DNA from: the human T2T-CHM13v2.0 reference genome, Homo sapiens
Assembly: GCF_009914755.1 (NCBI RefSeq)
Contig: NC_060930.1
Length of the DNA stretch: 64,000 nucleotides
Strand: one strand, 5' to 3'
This document shows positions 42,615-55,239 of the stretch, in pieces. A model generated the notes under the pieces. The model saw nothing but the letters and a program-made list of their open reading frames with translations, had not been told where the DNA came from and made no database searches. Positions within the stretch are counted from its first letter, which is position 1, and every line of letters starts with the position of its first letter. Made by a program: the position numbers and the translations under genes.

Positions 42615-42985
42615 ATGGTGGTTGACTCTATGTGTCAACTTATCTAGGCCATGTATACCCAGGTATTTGATCAAATATTATTACAGATGTTTCTGTGAAG
42701 GTATGTTTTTTAGATGAGATAAACATTAAATCAGTAGACTGAGTAAAGCAGATTATCCTCCATAATATGAGCATACCTAATCCAATCGGGTGAAGGCTAT
42801 AATAAAAACAAGACTGACCTCTCAAGAAAGAAAGGGAATTCTGCCAGCAGACTGTCTTTGGACTGAAACTGCAATGTTGGCTTTTCCCTAGGTCTCCAGC
42901 TTGTTGGCTGACCATGCAGATTGTGGACTTGCCATCCTTCAAGATTGTATAAGCCAATTCCATAAAACAAATCTCTCTCTCTCAT
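42615..42985 (+). mobile_element. MLT2 (MLT2C/D-like) ERVL LTR lacking its 3' terminus
   Basis: tatgtgtcaactt...gagtaaagcagattatcctccataat...gccaattccataaaacaaatctctctct. Confidence 0.88.
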
Positions 42986-43120
42986 ATATATGTCGTATAT
43001 ATATATGTGTATATATATGTCATATATATGTATATATATGTCATATATATATTTGTATATATATATGTCATATATATGTGTGTATATATATATATGTCTT
43101 GTATATATGTATATATATAA
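42983..43120. repeat. (TA)n-derived minisatellite (tatatatatgtca units)
   Basis: Seen directly. Confidence 0.9.
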
Positions 43121-43956
43121 CTATCAGTGACTTCCTCTCTACCCACTCCTTTCAGTCAATTTTAAACTTCTTCTACTCTTTAAATATTTCTAGTATTGGA
43201 TTCTTTTAATTAATGTGATTTTCATTAAATCTAATGGATTTCATTGCCACATGCATATGGATAGTTCCAACATCCATCTTAGGTCTCTTTCTGTAAGCAT
43301 GTTTATATACGCTGGTGTCAAATAATTTGCTTTTCAGTTTTTTCCTCTTCCTATCCTTTTGAATTCTAGAACTCTTTTCACCATCCACTCCAAAATTGAA
43401 GTGGAAAACATGTTAGATGGTCACAACTCTTCATCAGTTTCCACCTTCAAACAAATATCAACTTCATTCACTTTTATTTATGTGTTTGTGTGTATTGGAA
43501 GAGTTTAAGATTTGTAGTTTTTTTTTCCACAGTCTAAAGATATTTCACTATTTTCTGGACTCTCTTGTTCATTGATAGGTCATCTGCCATTCTTGCTGTT
43601 TCTCTTGAAAATAATTCAATAATTCTCAGGCTACATTGAAGATCTTTTTTTTTTGTCTTTGCTTTTAAACAATTTTACCCTAATGCTCTCAAATACAGGT
43701 TCTTTTAAAAAATACTGCCAGTTTTGGAAAATGTTATGTCATTATCACTTTAAGTTATTTATCTGTCCTATCCTTTCTCTTTCTGAAATTTTTGACATGT
43801 ATCTTAGACATTTTCATGAAATTTCATAAATGACTTAGACTCTTTTTAATGAATTTTTATTGTTTTCTATTCATCCTTCAGTGTGAATATTTTCTATTGA
43901 CCTATTTTTCAGTTTAGTAGCCTATGACTAACAAGCTGATAAATATCTATTAAATC

Positions 43957-46900
43957 TTTTTTTAAAATAATTTCAACTTTTTTTTAGATTTAGGGAATAC
44001 ATGTGCAGATTTGTTACATGGGCTTATGTGTAATGCTGAGATTTGGAGTATAAATGATCCTTCCACTCAGATAGTGATCATAGTAGCCAACAGGTATTTT
44101 TCAGCCCCTGCTCCACACCCTCTCTCCTTCATCTAGTGGTCCCTAGTGTCTATTATTTCATCTTTATGTCTGTGTGTATCCAATGTTTAGCTCCCACTTA
44201 TAAGTAAAAAAATGCAGTATTTGGTTTTATGTTCCAGTGTTAATTCACTTAGGATAATGGCCTCCAGCTGCATTCATTTTGCAGCAAAGGACATGATTTT
44301 ATTCTTTTTTTGGCTGCATAGTATTCCATGGAGAATATGTAACACATTGTCTAGTGAATAGTGCTGCAATGAACAAATGAGTACATGTGTCTTTTTTATA
44401 GAACAATTTCTTTTCCTTTAGGAATATACCTAGTGATCAGCTTCCTGGGTCAAATGATAGTTCTGTTCTAAGTTATTTGAGCAACCTCCAAGCCACTTTC
44501 CATAGTGGATGAAACGATTTACATCCCCACCAGTGGTGTATAAGTAAGTGGTGTACAAGCGTTCCCTTCTCTCCACAGCATTGCCGGCAACTTTTTTTTT
44601 TTTTTGACTTTTTAATAATAGTCATTCTGATTGGTGTGAGATAGTATCCCATTGTCATTTTGATTTGCATTTCTGTAATGATTAGCGATGATGAGCATTT
44701 TTTCATATGTTTGTGGGCCGCTTGTGTGTCTTCTTTTGAGAAATCTCTGTTCATGTCCTTTGGCCATTTTTTAATGGGGCTATTTGTTTTTGCTTGTTGT
44801 GTTGTTTAAATTTCTTAAAGTTTCTGGATATTAAACCTTTGTCAGTTGCATAGTTTATGAATATTTTCTTTCATTCTGTATGTTGTCTGCTTACTCTGTT
44901 AACAGTTTCTCTTGCTGCACAGAAGCTCTTTAGTTAAGTCCCACTTGTTAATTTTTGTTTTTGTTGCAATTGCTTCTGAGGTCTTCGAATAAGTACTTTG
45001 CCAAGAGTGAAATCAAGAAGAGTATTTTCTAGGTTTTTTCTAGGGTTTTAAAGGTTGAGGTCTTACATTTAAAGTTTTAACCTATCTTGAATTAATTTTT
45101 GTATATGGTGAAAGCTGGGGCCCCTGTGTCATTCTTCTGCATGTGGCTAGCCAGTTATCTTAGCACCATTTATTGAATGAAGAGTCCTTTCCCCATTGTG
45201 TATTTTTGTTTACCTTGTTGATGATCAGATAGTTGCAGGTGTATGGCTTTATTTTGGGGTTCTCTATTATGTTCCATTGGTCTATGTGTCTGTTTTGAAC
45301 CAGTACCATACTGTTTTGGTTACTGTGGCCATATAGTATAATTTGAGGTCAGGTAATGTGATGCCTCCAGGTTTATTCCTTTTGCTTAGGATATATTTGG
45401 CTATTCAGACTCTTTTTTGGCTCCATATGAATTTTAGAAATTCTTTTTAAGTCTGTGAAAAATAATGCTGGAGTTTAATAGGGATAGTGATGAAACTACA
45501 GACTTTTTGGGGCAGTATGGCCATTTTAATGATATTGCTTCTTCCAATCATGAGCATGGACTGTTTTTCTATTTGTTTGTGTCATCTATAGTTTCTTTCA
45601 GCAGTGTTTTGTAGTTCTTCCTGTAGTGGTCTTTCACTTTTTGGTTAGATATATTCCTAGGTATTTGTGTGTGTGTGTGTGTGTGTATGGCTATTGTAAA
45701 TGGGATTGCATTCTTGATTTGGCTCTCAGCTTGAACACTATTGGTGTACAGAAATTCTTCTGATTTTTCTGCATAGATTTTGCATTATGAAACTTTATTG
45801 AAGTTGTTCATCAGTTCTAGGAGCCTTTTGGCAGAGTCTTTAAGGTTTTTTTAGGTCTATAATCATATCGTCAGTGAAGAGAGATAATTTCACTTCTTTT
45901 TCTATTCAGATGCCTTTTATTTTTTTTCTCTTGCCTGATTGCTCTTGCTAAGACTTCCAGTACTATGTTGAATAGGAGTGGTGAGAGGGAACATCCTGTT
46001 CTTAAGGGGAATGCTTCCAGCATTTCCTCATTCAGGATGACATTGGCTGTGGGTTTTCCATAAATGGCTTTTACTATTTTGAGGTATCTTCCTTTGATGC
46101 TTAGTTTACTGAGGGTTTTTATCATGAAGGGATGTTGAATTTTAACAAAAGGTTGCTCAGCATCTATCAAGGCTATCATAAGGTTTTTGTTTTTAATTCT
46201 GTTTATGTCATGAACACATTTATTTATTTGCATATGTTGAATCAACCTTGCATTCTAGAATAAAGTCTTCTTGATCCTGATGAATTAACTTTTGTTGTGT
46301 AGGGATTTTTGCATCCATGTTCATCAGGGATGTTGGCCTATAGTTTTCTTTTTCTATTGTGTCTTTTCCAGGTTCTGGTATGAAGATGGCTTCATAGCAT
46401 CATCCCTCCTCCTGATGGCTGGATTCCCTCCTCCATTTTTTTTTTTTTTTGGAATAGTTTAAGTAGAATTGATACCAGCTTTTCTGTTAAAATTTGGTTG
46501 TGAATCCATCTGGTCCAGGTTAGTTGGTAAGTTCTTTATTACTGATTCAATTTTGGAACATGATACTGATCTGTTCTGGGTTTCAATTTCTTCCTTTTTT
46601 AATCTTGAGAGATTGTGTGTTTCCAAAAATTAATCAATTTCTTCTATATTTTCTAGTTTGTGTGCATAGAGGTGTTGGTAATAGTCTTTGATAATCATTT
46701 GTATTTCTGTAGGATCAGTTATAATGTCCCCTTTGTCATTTTTTATGTGCTCTCTTTTTTTCTTTGTTAATCTAGCTAGTGGTCTATTGATCTTGTTTAT
46801 TCTTTCAAATAACCAACTTTTGGCTACATTGATCCTTTGTATAGATTTCTAGTTCTCAATTTTATCCACTTCTCTGATTTTAGTTATTTATTTTCTTCAG

Positions 46901-48078
46901 CTAGTTTTGTTGTTAATTTGTTCTTATTTTTCTAGTTCCTCTAGGTGTGTTTTTGGATCGTCTATTTGAGATCTTTCTATATTATTGATGTAGGCATTTA
47001 GCACTATACACTTTCCTCTTAACACTGCTTTTGCTGCATCTCAGATATTTTGTTATGTGATGTCTCTGTTTTCATTAATTACAAGGATTTTTTAAATTTC
47101 AGCCTAAATTTCATTGTTTACTAAAAAGTTATTCAGAAGCCAGTTGTTTAATTTCCATGTAATTGTATGGTTTTAAAAGATCTTCTTGTTGTTGATTTCT
47201 ATTTTTATCTCACTGCAGTCAGAGAGTATGTTGGTATGATTTTAAATTTTTGAATTTATCATGACTTGCTTTGGGGCCAAGAATGTGGTTGATCTTACAG
47301 TATGTTCTGTGTGCTGATGAGAAGAATGCATAATCTGTGGTTGCTGGGTGGACTAGTCTGTAGATATCTATTAGGCCTAATCAAGTGTCTAATTTAAGAC
47401 AATAATTTATTTGTCAGTTTTCTGCCTTGTTTCACCCAGGAGAAACCGCGGCTACTGTAGCCTTCCTCCTGCCCCAGACCTGCAACAGGGAAGAGCACGT
47501 TCAGGACCTATTGCTGGGGCACCTTCCACACTTGTCACACAATTCTGGCTGTTTAGACCCCCACCCTACTTCAGAGCCCCAGTGTTCCAATCTCTGTCTT
47601 GAGACTAAAATGCCTGTGTGGCCATGCTGCCAGATTGCCAAAGAATGACTTATTTGTATAAACCTGGATTAAAAATGGTATCCTGCTGCCAGACCCAGGT
47701 GTGGGAAAATGCCTGTAGATTTTTCTGGTATTCTTCCCGCTCATTGTCTTCAAGCCTCTCCCCAAGTTTGTGCCAGAGCTTGAAAGAAAAGAAGAGTTCT
47801 CCCATGGCCTGCATTGCACAGAACGCCGGGGGAAAGGTGGGTCACAGAGAGGGAAACTCTGCCCGTCTTACATTCTGGGGCTTCATTAATTTTTATCAGC
47901 CAGATGCTGTCACAGGAGCTGTTTGCCTACCTACTTCTATAGGACTTCTGTGTTCTTTGCTATTGTAGTGGATTCCTGTTTTCCTTCTTAAAGCTCACAG
48001 TGTTGATCCTTACACACGATTTTGCTATTTCCAACTGGCTGAGGCATGTTAGAAGCCTCCAGTCCACCATTTTGCCCA
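43957..48078 (-). mobile_element. L1PA15/16-like, both termini present, large internal deletion (ORF1 and ORF2 start missing)
   Basis: L1PA16-type 3'UTR; ORF2 remnants (ORFs 44473-44754, 45871-46245); GC-richer 5'UTR 47430-48078 ending in decayed YY1 site CAAAATGGTGG; TSD attaaatc at 43949-43956 and 48079-48086. Confidence 0.88.
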
Positions 48079-48213
48079 ATTAAATCCTGAATTTATGTTA
48101 TTATATTTTTTGTTTTACAGTTTCATCATCTTTATAGATTCCAGGTTTCTGATGAAATTTTATATTTTATCATCTTTTGATCTTATCATCTATTTGAATA
48201 TATTAATCACATG

Positions 48214-49640
48214 TGTATTAGGCTCTTCTTGCATTGCTATAAATAAATATCTGAGACTGAGACTGGGTAATTTATTTTTTAAATTTTGTTTTGCCATTCT
48301 GAATTATTTTATTATTTTATTTTATTTTATTTTATTTTATTTTATTTCAAGTTCCAAATTACACATGCAGGATATGCAGGTTTGTTACATAGGTAAACGT
48401 GTGTCATAGTGGTTTGCTGCACCTATCAACCCATCACCTAGGTATTAAGCTCAGCATGCATTAGCTATTCTTTTCTGATGCTCTCCCTTCCCCCAACCCA
48501 GCCCCACAACAGACCCCAGTGTGTGTTGTTCCCCTCCTTGTGTTCATGTATTCTCATTGCTCAGCTCCCACGTATAAGTGAGAACATGCAGTGTTTGTTT
48601 TTCTGTCCCTGCATTAGTTTGCTGAGGATAATGGCTTCCAGCTCCATCCATGTCCCTGCAAAGGATGTGATCTCATTCCTTTTAATGGCTGTATAGTATT
48701 CTATGACATACATGTACCATATTTTCTTTATCTAGTCTATCATTGTTGGGCATTTGGGTTGTTCCCATGTCTTTGCTATTGTGAATAGTGCTGCAATGAA
48801 CTTGATATGTGTGCACTTATCTTTATAATGGAATGATTTATATTCGTTTGGGTATATATCCAGTAATGGGGTTGCTGGCTCAAATGGCATTTCTTGTTCA
48901 ATTCTTTGAGGAATCTTTACACTGTCTTCCATAATGGTTGAACTAATTTACATTCCCACTAATAGTATAAAAGTGTTCCTATTTCCACACAGCCTCTCCA
49001 GAATATGTTGTTTCTTGACTTATTAATAATCACCATTTTGACTGGTGTAAGATGGTAGTTCATTGTGGTTTTGATTTGCACTTCTTTAATGATCGGTGAT
49101 GTTGAGCTTTTTTTCATATGTTTCTTGGCTGCATCCATCTAACAAAAGTCTAATATCCAGAGTTTATAAGGAAGTTAAACAAATGTACGAGAAAAAACAA
49201 ACAACTCCATTAAAAAGTGGGCAAAGGACATGAACAGACATTTCTCAAGACTGGGTAATTTATAAAGAAAAGAGGTTTAACTGGTTCATGGTTGTGCAGG
49301 CTATACACAGGAAGTATGGTTCTGGCATCTGCTCAGTTTCTGGGGAGGCTTCAGGGTGCTTACAATCTGGCAGAAAGCAAGGCAGGAGCAGGCACTTTCC
49401 ATGGCAGAAGCAGGAGCAAGAGAGAGTGTGTAGGGGTAGGGAGAGAGGCTACACACTTTTAAATGACCAGACCTCCAGAGAACTCAGAGTAAGAGCTGAC
49501 TTATCACCAAAAAGATGGCCAAGCCATTCATGAGGAAACCACCCCCATGACCCAAATACTTCCCATTAGGGCCCCACTTCCAGCATTGGGGATTATATTT
49601 CAATGTGAGATTTGAGCAGGGACAACTATCCAAAGTTTGT
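48214..49640 (-). mobile_element. MSTA/MSTB-like solo LTR split by an L1PA8-like insertion
   Basis: tgtattaggctcttcttgcattgctataaa...agactgggtaatttataaagaaaagagg...gggacaactatccaaa. Confidence 0.88.
48276..49247 (-). mobile_element. 5'-truncated L1PA8-like element with 5' inversion
   Basis: gttacataggtaaacgtgtg...acctatcaacccatcacctagg 3'UTR; sense-oriented block 49135-49247; 16-bp TSD agactgggtaatttat. Confidence 0.92.
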
Positions 49641-49850
49641 GTATGTGTTATTTCTAAGTTTGTGTTTGATAACTCTAAATGTGTACCAGTGTGTTGGTCC
49701 TTAATCTGTTGTCTAGTTTTGTCATCTTCTTTTTATAACTTGTTTTTCTTGATAATATCATACAGATTGCCATATTATTATATGAATAATTAGAGTTTCT
49801 GGATGATTTAAAGGTGATTTTCTTTTAACTCTAACAGAAAGAGTAGAATT

Positions 49851-50153
<303 letters not shown>

Positions 50154-50710
50154 TAAATTCTGGGCTTTCAATGTATGAAGTGATCTATTTTGAGTTTTCC
50201 CTTGCTCCTATGGTGCATCCTTTCAGGTGACCATACTGGTAGCCCAAGTTTTATTTTTCTCCCTCATTAAATTCTTGATTGAAAAATGATTTCAACAATG
50301 TACAAGATGGTTTTCATAATGATAATGTGATATTTACTGTAATAACCATGGAAGCCCACTTTGAATAAGGCAGCAGTGAAAGCAAAGAGGAGCATTAGCT
50401 AAAGAATCAAGTAGAGGCACTAAATCAAAGGGATTTTTCTGTTTTCTCGTGAGAATAAATTCTCCTCAGAATAAATAATATTGTGTGGTGTTGGGAGCAT
50501 AAAGAAAAAGACACAAAGGAGAAGCTTTGATGGAAAATTTAAGTAAAGATTAGCGATACAGTTGATAACTTTTATATCCAAAATTAAACTATCACTTTAT
50601 CCCCCTAAGACAACAAGAAAAAAAAAAATCCTCAGAGTTCCACTTTCTACGTCTGCCAGAAACGTCCCAGGAAAAAAAATTTCCTACATTGCATTATTTC
50701 AGAAGCAGTA

Positions 50711-50770
50711 CAGAGTTGTCTCCAGGGCTTGTAGAGCAATTGCCAGCTCTACAAGCCCTAAAAACAACTG
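50711..50770. repeat. TA-flanked inverted repeat (perfect 14-bp core arms, 8-nt loop)
   Basis: agggcttgtagagc 50724-50737 / gctctacaagccct 50746-50759; imperfect extension to cag...ctg ends. Confidence 0.9.
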
Positions 50771-50780
50771 TAAGACTTGA

Positions 50781-50849
50781 GAGATATCTTAAAACAAGGA
50801 TAAGACGTACTCTAAAACAAGCATAAGAGATATCCTAAAACAAGGGTAC
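50781..50849. repeat. 3 x 23-bp tandem repeat
   Basis: gagatatcttaaaacaaggataa / gacgtactctaaaacaagcataa / gagatatcctaaaacaagggtac. Confidence 0.85.
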
Positions 50850-51963
50850 AAGCCCTAGACAACGCTAGACATGGGCCTCTTACTCTGTTTTCTTTCATAG
50901 AAATATATACCTATGTATTTATTTTGTGTGTATGTGTGTGTGTTCTGTCTGCTCAAGTTGGAAAATAAGCTAAATATATGAAAATGATGGTATTAGACTA
51001 GTTTTTAATCAATGAACAATATCTACGTTGTAGAGATTCAGTAATGTTAATAAAATTTCTCTGTCCCAAAATATGTATATAAGCACTGATAATAATACTA
51101 ATTTGCACTCCTAGGAATGGTTTTCTTTGGGAATTGAAGATTCTTTTGGTCAGCAAGAATCTTGATAATACTCCTGAGAAATACGTGTTACTATTGAACA
51201 GCTGGCATTATAAGGGGAATTATCTTGCTTCCTAAATTACTAGCAGTTAAGAGAGCACATGCTACTGAGACTGAAAAGAAATGTGCCTCAAGTGGAGAGT
51301 AGAATTACTAGAAAAGAAGGGAACAATGACAAAGACAACTTGATCCATTTCAAAATTCTGCTTAGGGCTGCCTCTGAAAAATGATCTTTTATTGACATAC
51401 TATAATTCTCCAGTCTTAAAATATAGTTTTAGAGGAAAGAACATCATACATCTAAGAAGACACCACTCCTGGATTTACATAGAAGCAATGAAGGGTAGTT
51501 CCAATCTTATTTCTTTAAAGAGTTAGTGACCATCTTCCTCAGCCCTTTGACTCTTATATTCATGATGATTTGTACAAAACAGATGATTCCTTGGTAAAGA
51601 ACTTTGCCTATTCTTTACTAAAAACCTTGCTATAATCTTTTTCTACATTAAGAGGCTTGAAGTAGTCAACACTCTTTTAGAATTCATTAAATACAACCTG
51701 TACTATAACTTACTTAATATTTTTCTCTAACTTGATTTAAATTGACCCAATTTCTTTACATAGTCTTATCCTAAGACTTAAGGCTTATGTAATTTCTGTA
51801 AAATTATTAGCCGTGTATGTGTGTTTGTACCTGTGTATGTGTGTGGCAGGGCATGGCTTATCATGCATATATATGTATGTATATATGTATCTATAGTGGG
51901 CAAATTAAAATATATAACATATATAAACTAAGAATTGTTATATTATGAAATTATAGACTATAT

Positions 51964-52470
51964 TGAGAGGTGAAACTGGCTGGGCTTCTGGGTCAGGTGG
52001 AGACTTGGAGAACTTTTCTATCTAGCTAAAGGATTGTAAACACACCAGTCGGCACTCTGTGCCTAGCTAAAGGTTTGTAAATGCACCAATCAGCACTCTG
52101 TAAAAACGGACCAATCAGCACCCTGTAAAATGGACCAATCAGCAGGATGTGGGTGGGGCTAAATAAGGGAATAAAAGCTGGCCACTTGAGCCAGGAGAGG
52201 CAAACCGCTGGGATACCCTTGCATGCTGTGGGAGCTTTGTTCTTTCACTCTTCACAGTAAATCTTGGCTGCTGCTCACTCTTTGGTTCTGCATTACAGCA
52301 AGGGTCTGCTGCTTCACTCCTGAAGTCAGCTAGACCATGAACCCACCAGGAGGAACAAACTCTGGACACACCATCTTTAAGAACTGTAACACTCACTGGG
52401 AGGAGCCACAGCTTCATTCTTGAAGTCAGCAAGACCAAGAACCTACCGGAAGTAACCAATTCCAGATACA
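51964..52470 (+). mobile_element. LTR12F-like (ERV9) solo LTR
   Basis: tgagaggtgaa start, tandem tctagctaaagg/caccaatcagcactctg units, end aattccagataca; 4-bp TSD atat/atgt. Confidence 0.93.
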
Positions 52471-52739
52471 ATGTCATACTACATTTCAACAAACATTGTG
52501 CTACAATACAATGCATTTAAAATATTTGGACTTTTTCAAACTTTCAACTTTTAGAAGACTAACATTTTCTTTAAAATATATGTTGCTTTTCTCTGTTATT
52601 TATGGGTTATTTAGCCAACAATTTGTGATTGAAGCTGTGTGTCCAAGCAATTGGAGCTTCTGAATTTAATAAAAACAAATCTTCACCATTTGGTTTCCAT
52701 TATTTAGCACAATGAAGTAAATACTGTGCCTTTAAATGC

Positions 52740-52955
52740 TTTTTTGACATACTATTTAAATGTTTTATTGACATATTATTTAATCTGTGTAATAATACTA
52801 TGTATAGGTCATATAACACCTATTTTAAAATGAAGAAATAAGGCCCAGAGAATTTAAATAAATCACCCAAGGTCACACAGACAATCAAAAGCAGAGCTAA
52901 ATTTTTAACCCAGGTTTATCTAACTCCAAAGCTCATGGTCTTAATCACACTGTAG
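52740..52955 (-). mobile_element. MIR
   Basis: attttaaaatgaagaaataaggcccagagaa...cccaaggtcacacag...taactccaaagctcatggtcttaa. Confidence 0.85.
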
Positions 52956-54569
52956 TTTACATTGCATTATTTAAATGAGTGAGCATCATTATTAAGTGAA
53001 TGAGTATATAACTTATTTTCTTTTAGCCATTTCAGGGAGCCTGTTTTCCATCACATGGAAGATAATTTCACAATAATATGACTATTCTTCTCTCATAGCC
53101 ATAAGATGATGAAAATAAATCATTTAAAGTGCATTTTCTTACCTAGAAATGTCTTTTGTTTGGCAGAATGATTAAAATAACTGTCACTTATTCACTTAGG
53201 AAAATAAAAGTAGTTGAAGGGGAGAATAACTTTATAAAGTGATATTTTCAGCAGCAAGGGTGGCCTCTTTTTCTTCTCTTCAACACAATTATTTCTAGTT
53301 AATTTTACTGAGGGAGGGAATTTCATGAATTTTGTACTCTGTATTTAGTGACCAATATGTTTCTCAAGGTGCTAATTTTCTGTTAATGAGCAATTGCTGT
53401 GGTTGGTTGGCATTATAAACTGAAGTTTATAAACTACTTTAAAAAATTAGTTAAAATATCTGATTGTGATCCTACCAGAAGGTAACATTAGAAACCTATT
53501 GAAATGATCCGTAGCTTTATTTTTTTTGTTAAGCATAATTGTATTGCTTGATAATATGTACTAATCATCAAGAGTCATAGTAAACATATAATCTACTCAC
53601 CAACTGAAATCTTATGGCTCAGGAAAATTTTTTGTTTTGTTTTAATAAGCAGTTTCTTTGCAAATTAAGATATTTTTAAATTGTCGGGATAAATATAATG
53701 GGGACTATTCTCATACATTCATACATACTAAAAACTGCTTTAGGCAATTTTTTGAAAATATTTCCACATTATATGCAAGCTTTGGAAAACAGGAACCACC
53801 GCTATAAGCATATCTGCTATGTTAGAACATGAAGCAAAGGTTAATTTCCAATTTAATGTTTCCTCCCAGATGGAGCTTCTACCTAGCTTGTCATCAACAT
53901 CTCCATTTAGTGTGACCAAAATGAATAGTGACCAAATCAGAATTCTAGAGTTTATAGAAATGTTGAGTTCATCCTCCAGCCTCTAAGCTGAAATGTGGTT
54001 AATTCTCCCCTGGCCCAAGTCTCTCTCAATGTAATGCTGTTCATTTCCCAAAGGTTTCTTCTTCTTCCCTTATATAAACATGACTGAAGCCTACAATGAT
54101 ACACTGTAGGAGCATCCCCACTGATGCAATGTTGGAAGGAAGCAGAGATTGGCACCTTATATCCTTATTTTAATTATTAGATTTTGGAGAAATCCCTATT
54201 CTGAGCTTCTCCACAAAAAGATCTCAGGTGCTTTTCTTGCCTCGCAGCACCAATTCCTCTTCTGTTAATATCACATATATTCACTTGAGGAAAACTCTCC
54301 TCCCAGACATGATTTAGGTGGAATTGCTCCGATTTCCACTTCCTTCACTTGAAAGGAAAACACACACACCAAGACCTAAAAAACTAGTGCTTAAGTGCTT
54401 GGCAGACAAACCCAAATTTGCAGGCTTCTAAGAGCTCACATTCTGGATCTGACCGCCCCAAGATCCTAGTTTACAGGTAGTCATATGTCACCTTCAGGAT
54501 ATTCGCCACAGCTAAATACCACCTGTTCTGTAATTTACTTACTCTTTTTTCTCTAATTTGACTTTGTTA

Positions 54570-54810
54570 AGTAAACTTTCTATTTTGAAATGATTTTAAA
54601 TTGACATGCATTGGTAGGAAATAATATAGAGATGCATTTGTAGGAGATAATAACATGCATTTGTAGGAAATAATATAGAGATGTTTTTACCTGGTTTCCC
54701 TCAATGGTAGCATCTTGTAAAACTATAGTACCACATGCCAACGAGGATATTGACATTAATACAGTCTACCAATCTTAGTTGGATTTTGCTGCTACCCAGT
54801 TTTACATGAG
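54570..54810 (-). mobile_element. L1MC1/2-like 3' end with internal triplication
   Basis: tttccctcaatggtagcatcttgtaaaactatagtac...ggatattgacattaatacagtc. Confidence 0.75.
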
Positions 54811-55239
54811 CTTTGGATACCAGATACATAGAATGACATGTCCTCATTTGCATCAATTAGGATTTGTCTGGCACAAATATGAGCATCTTTGCTCATTGGT
54901 ATGCATTTGTTTTCTAAGTCTCAGTAGATTATACATTTTTAATTTTTTATCACTGACTTCTAAGTTTTAGTCTGATAGATTTTCCTAGTTACTTTCTTGC
55001 TGTTTGGTAACTATTGATCAGAGTGGCTAGTCACCATAAAGAGTGCTGTTGCAAAAAATTTAAAAAGACATATCTCCTCAAGAAAACACAGTGGGGATAA
55101 GACTTTGCTAGCATAATATAGTTGGATTACAACCCCATTTGTCTACACTGCCAGTTAGCCTTGTGCTGGGCATGGCTTTCACAATCGTATGTGACAATAG
55201 TGGGATTCTGCAGTTATTGTACTCCTTTTTTTGGTTGAT

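Larger units (their letters stand above)
42440..43200 (+). mobile_element. L2 ORF2 fragment split by MLT2
   Basis: gccaagtctttcctattctaaa, attctggctttgatcctca, resumes as atcagtgacttcct. Confidence 0.45.

Noticed and set aside
42778-42788. DUX4-like TAATCCAATCG in MLT2
   Set aside because: Mismatch at the final A of the motif; weak evidence alone
44473-46245. ORFs with reverse-transcriptase-like and ORF2 C-terminal peptides
   Set aside because: Disrupted L1 ORF2 fragments; the element lacks ORF1 and cannot be autonomous
50781-50849. Regularly spaced ~23-bp repeats reminiscent of a CRISPR array
   Set aside because: Head-to-tail units with no unique spacers, primate context and no cas genes
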